A DNA stretch of 26,191 nucleotides from NCBI GenBank assembly GCA_043819135.1, contig JBDRFG010000113.1, positions 1 through 26,191 on the forward strand. Direction: 5' to 3'. Every line of letters starts with the position of its first letter. Within the stretch, counting starts at the first letter, position 1. The translations under genes and the position numbers were made by a program. This stretch comes from Candidatus Eiseniibacteriota bacterium (GTDB lineage: Bacteria; Joyebacterota; Joyebacteria; Joyebacterales; Joyebacteraceae). The notes below the pieces were generated by a model. That model had not been told where the DNA came from, did no database searches, and saw nothing but the letters and a program-made list of their open reading frames with translations. Of this stretch, positions 25,804 through 26,191 are shown piece by piece.

Positions 25804-26191
25804 TCTCAGCTGGACCTCGTGGCCGATGCTCAGAAGCCCCGTCAGGGCCGCCGTGGCCGTGGTGTTCGTGGGGCTGATGGCCTGGACGATACAGAGCATG
25901 TTACGCACCACCTACTTCACCGTGGTCGCGGTGCTCCTGGTCTGGGGGCAGGTCGCGGGGTTCTTCCTGCCGACGAGGTTCTCGCTGACGGGCAAGGGTG
26001 TGGCCGTCAGCGGGCTCGTGAGCAGGAAGGAGAAGGGCTGGGGCGATTTCCGGTCCTACTACGTCGACCGCGAGGGGTTGCTCCTCTCACCGTTCATCGA
26101 GCGGTCCAGGCTGGAGCGGTTCAGGGGAGTGTCGCTTCAGTTCCACGGGAATCGGGACGAGGTGGTCGCCTTCGTCGAGCGAATGATGGCA
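25766..26191 (+). CDS. hypothetical membrane protein (two N-terminal hydrophobic helices plus a soluble C-terminal domain), truncated by the window end; not in the ORF track
   Basis: Manual translation, open to the end of the window: VESRSVESRPVESLSWTSWPMLRSPVRAAVAVVFVGLMAWTIQSMLRTTYFTVVAVLLVWGQVAGFFLPTRFSLTGKGVAVSGLVSRKEKGWGDFRSYYVDREGLLLSPFIERSRLERFRGVSLQFHGNRDEVVAFVERMMA. Strong G/C third-position bias. Start could be the GTG at 25766, 25781 or 25796. Confidence 0.8.
   Translation, partial: MESRSVESRPVESLSWTSWPMLRSPVRAAVAVVFVGLMAWTIQSMLRTTYFTVVAVLLVWGQVAGFFLPTRFSLTGKGVAVSGLVSRKEKGWGDFRSYYVDREGLLLSPFIERSRLERFRGVSLQFHGNRDEVVAFVERMMA

Overview
GC-rich bacterial chromosomal window of core metabolism, apparently from an anaerobe; 22 of the 23 genes I can support are on the + strand. 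In order: (1) the 3' end of a 2-oxoacid:ferredoxin oxidoreductase gamma subunit, ndk, and a NuoE-like/NuoF-like/1244-aa three-gene module whose architecture matches the Sporomusa-type electron-bifurcating transhydrogenase StnABC (large subunit: 2Fe-2S + GltD-like FAD/NADPH domain + formate-dehydrogenase-like domain lacking the Mo/W ligand); (2) rpmF-plsX-fabH-fabD-fabG-acpP-fabF-rnc running directly into an acyl-CoA dehydrogenase and etfB-etfA (EtfA fused to a ferredoxin domain); (3) an exported alkaline-phosphatase-superfamily protein with degenerate catalytic motifs on the - strand, divergent from uvrA; (4) glycine cleavage genes gcvT-gcvH-gcvPA-gcvPB and a truncated membrane protein. I saw no mobile elements, CRISPR arrays, tRNA/rRNA or defence genes. 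I cannot establish a wholly new system. The best leads are the Stn-like enzyme and Acd/EtfAB flanking a fab cluster with no enoyl reductase, a hairpin motif shared by the rpmF and acpP leaders, direct repeats rather than a glycine riboswitch in the gcvT leader, a G->W change in the FabF FGFGG loop, and the pseudo-enzyme-like phosphodiesterase. All calls come from reading motifs by eye; no searches were run.
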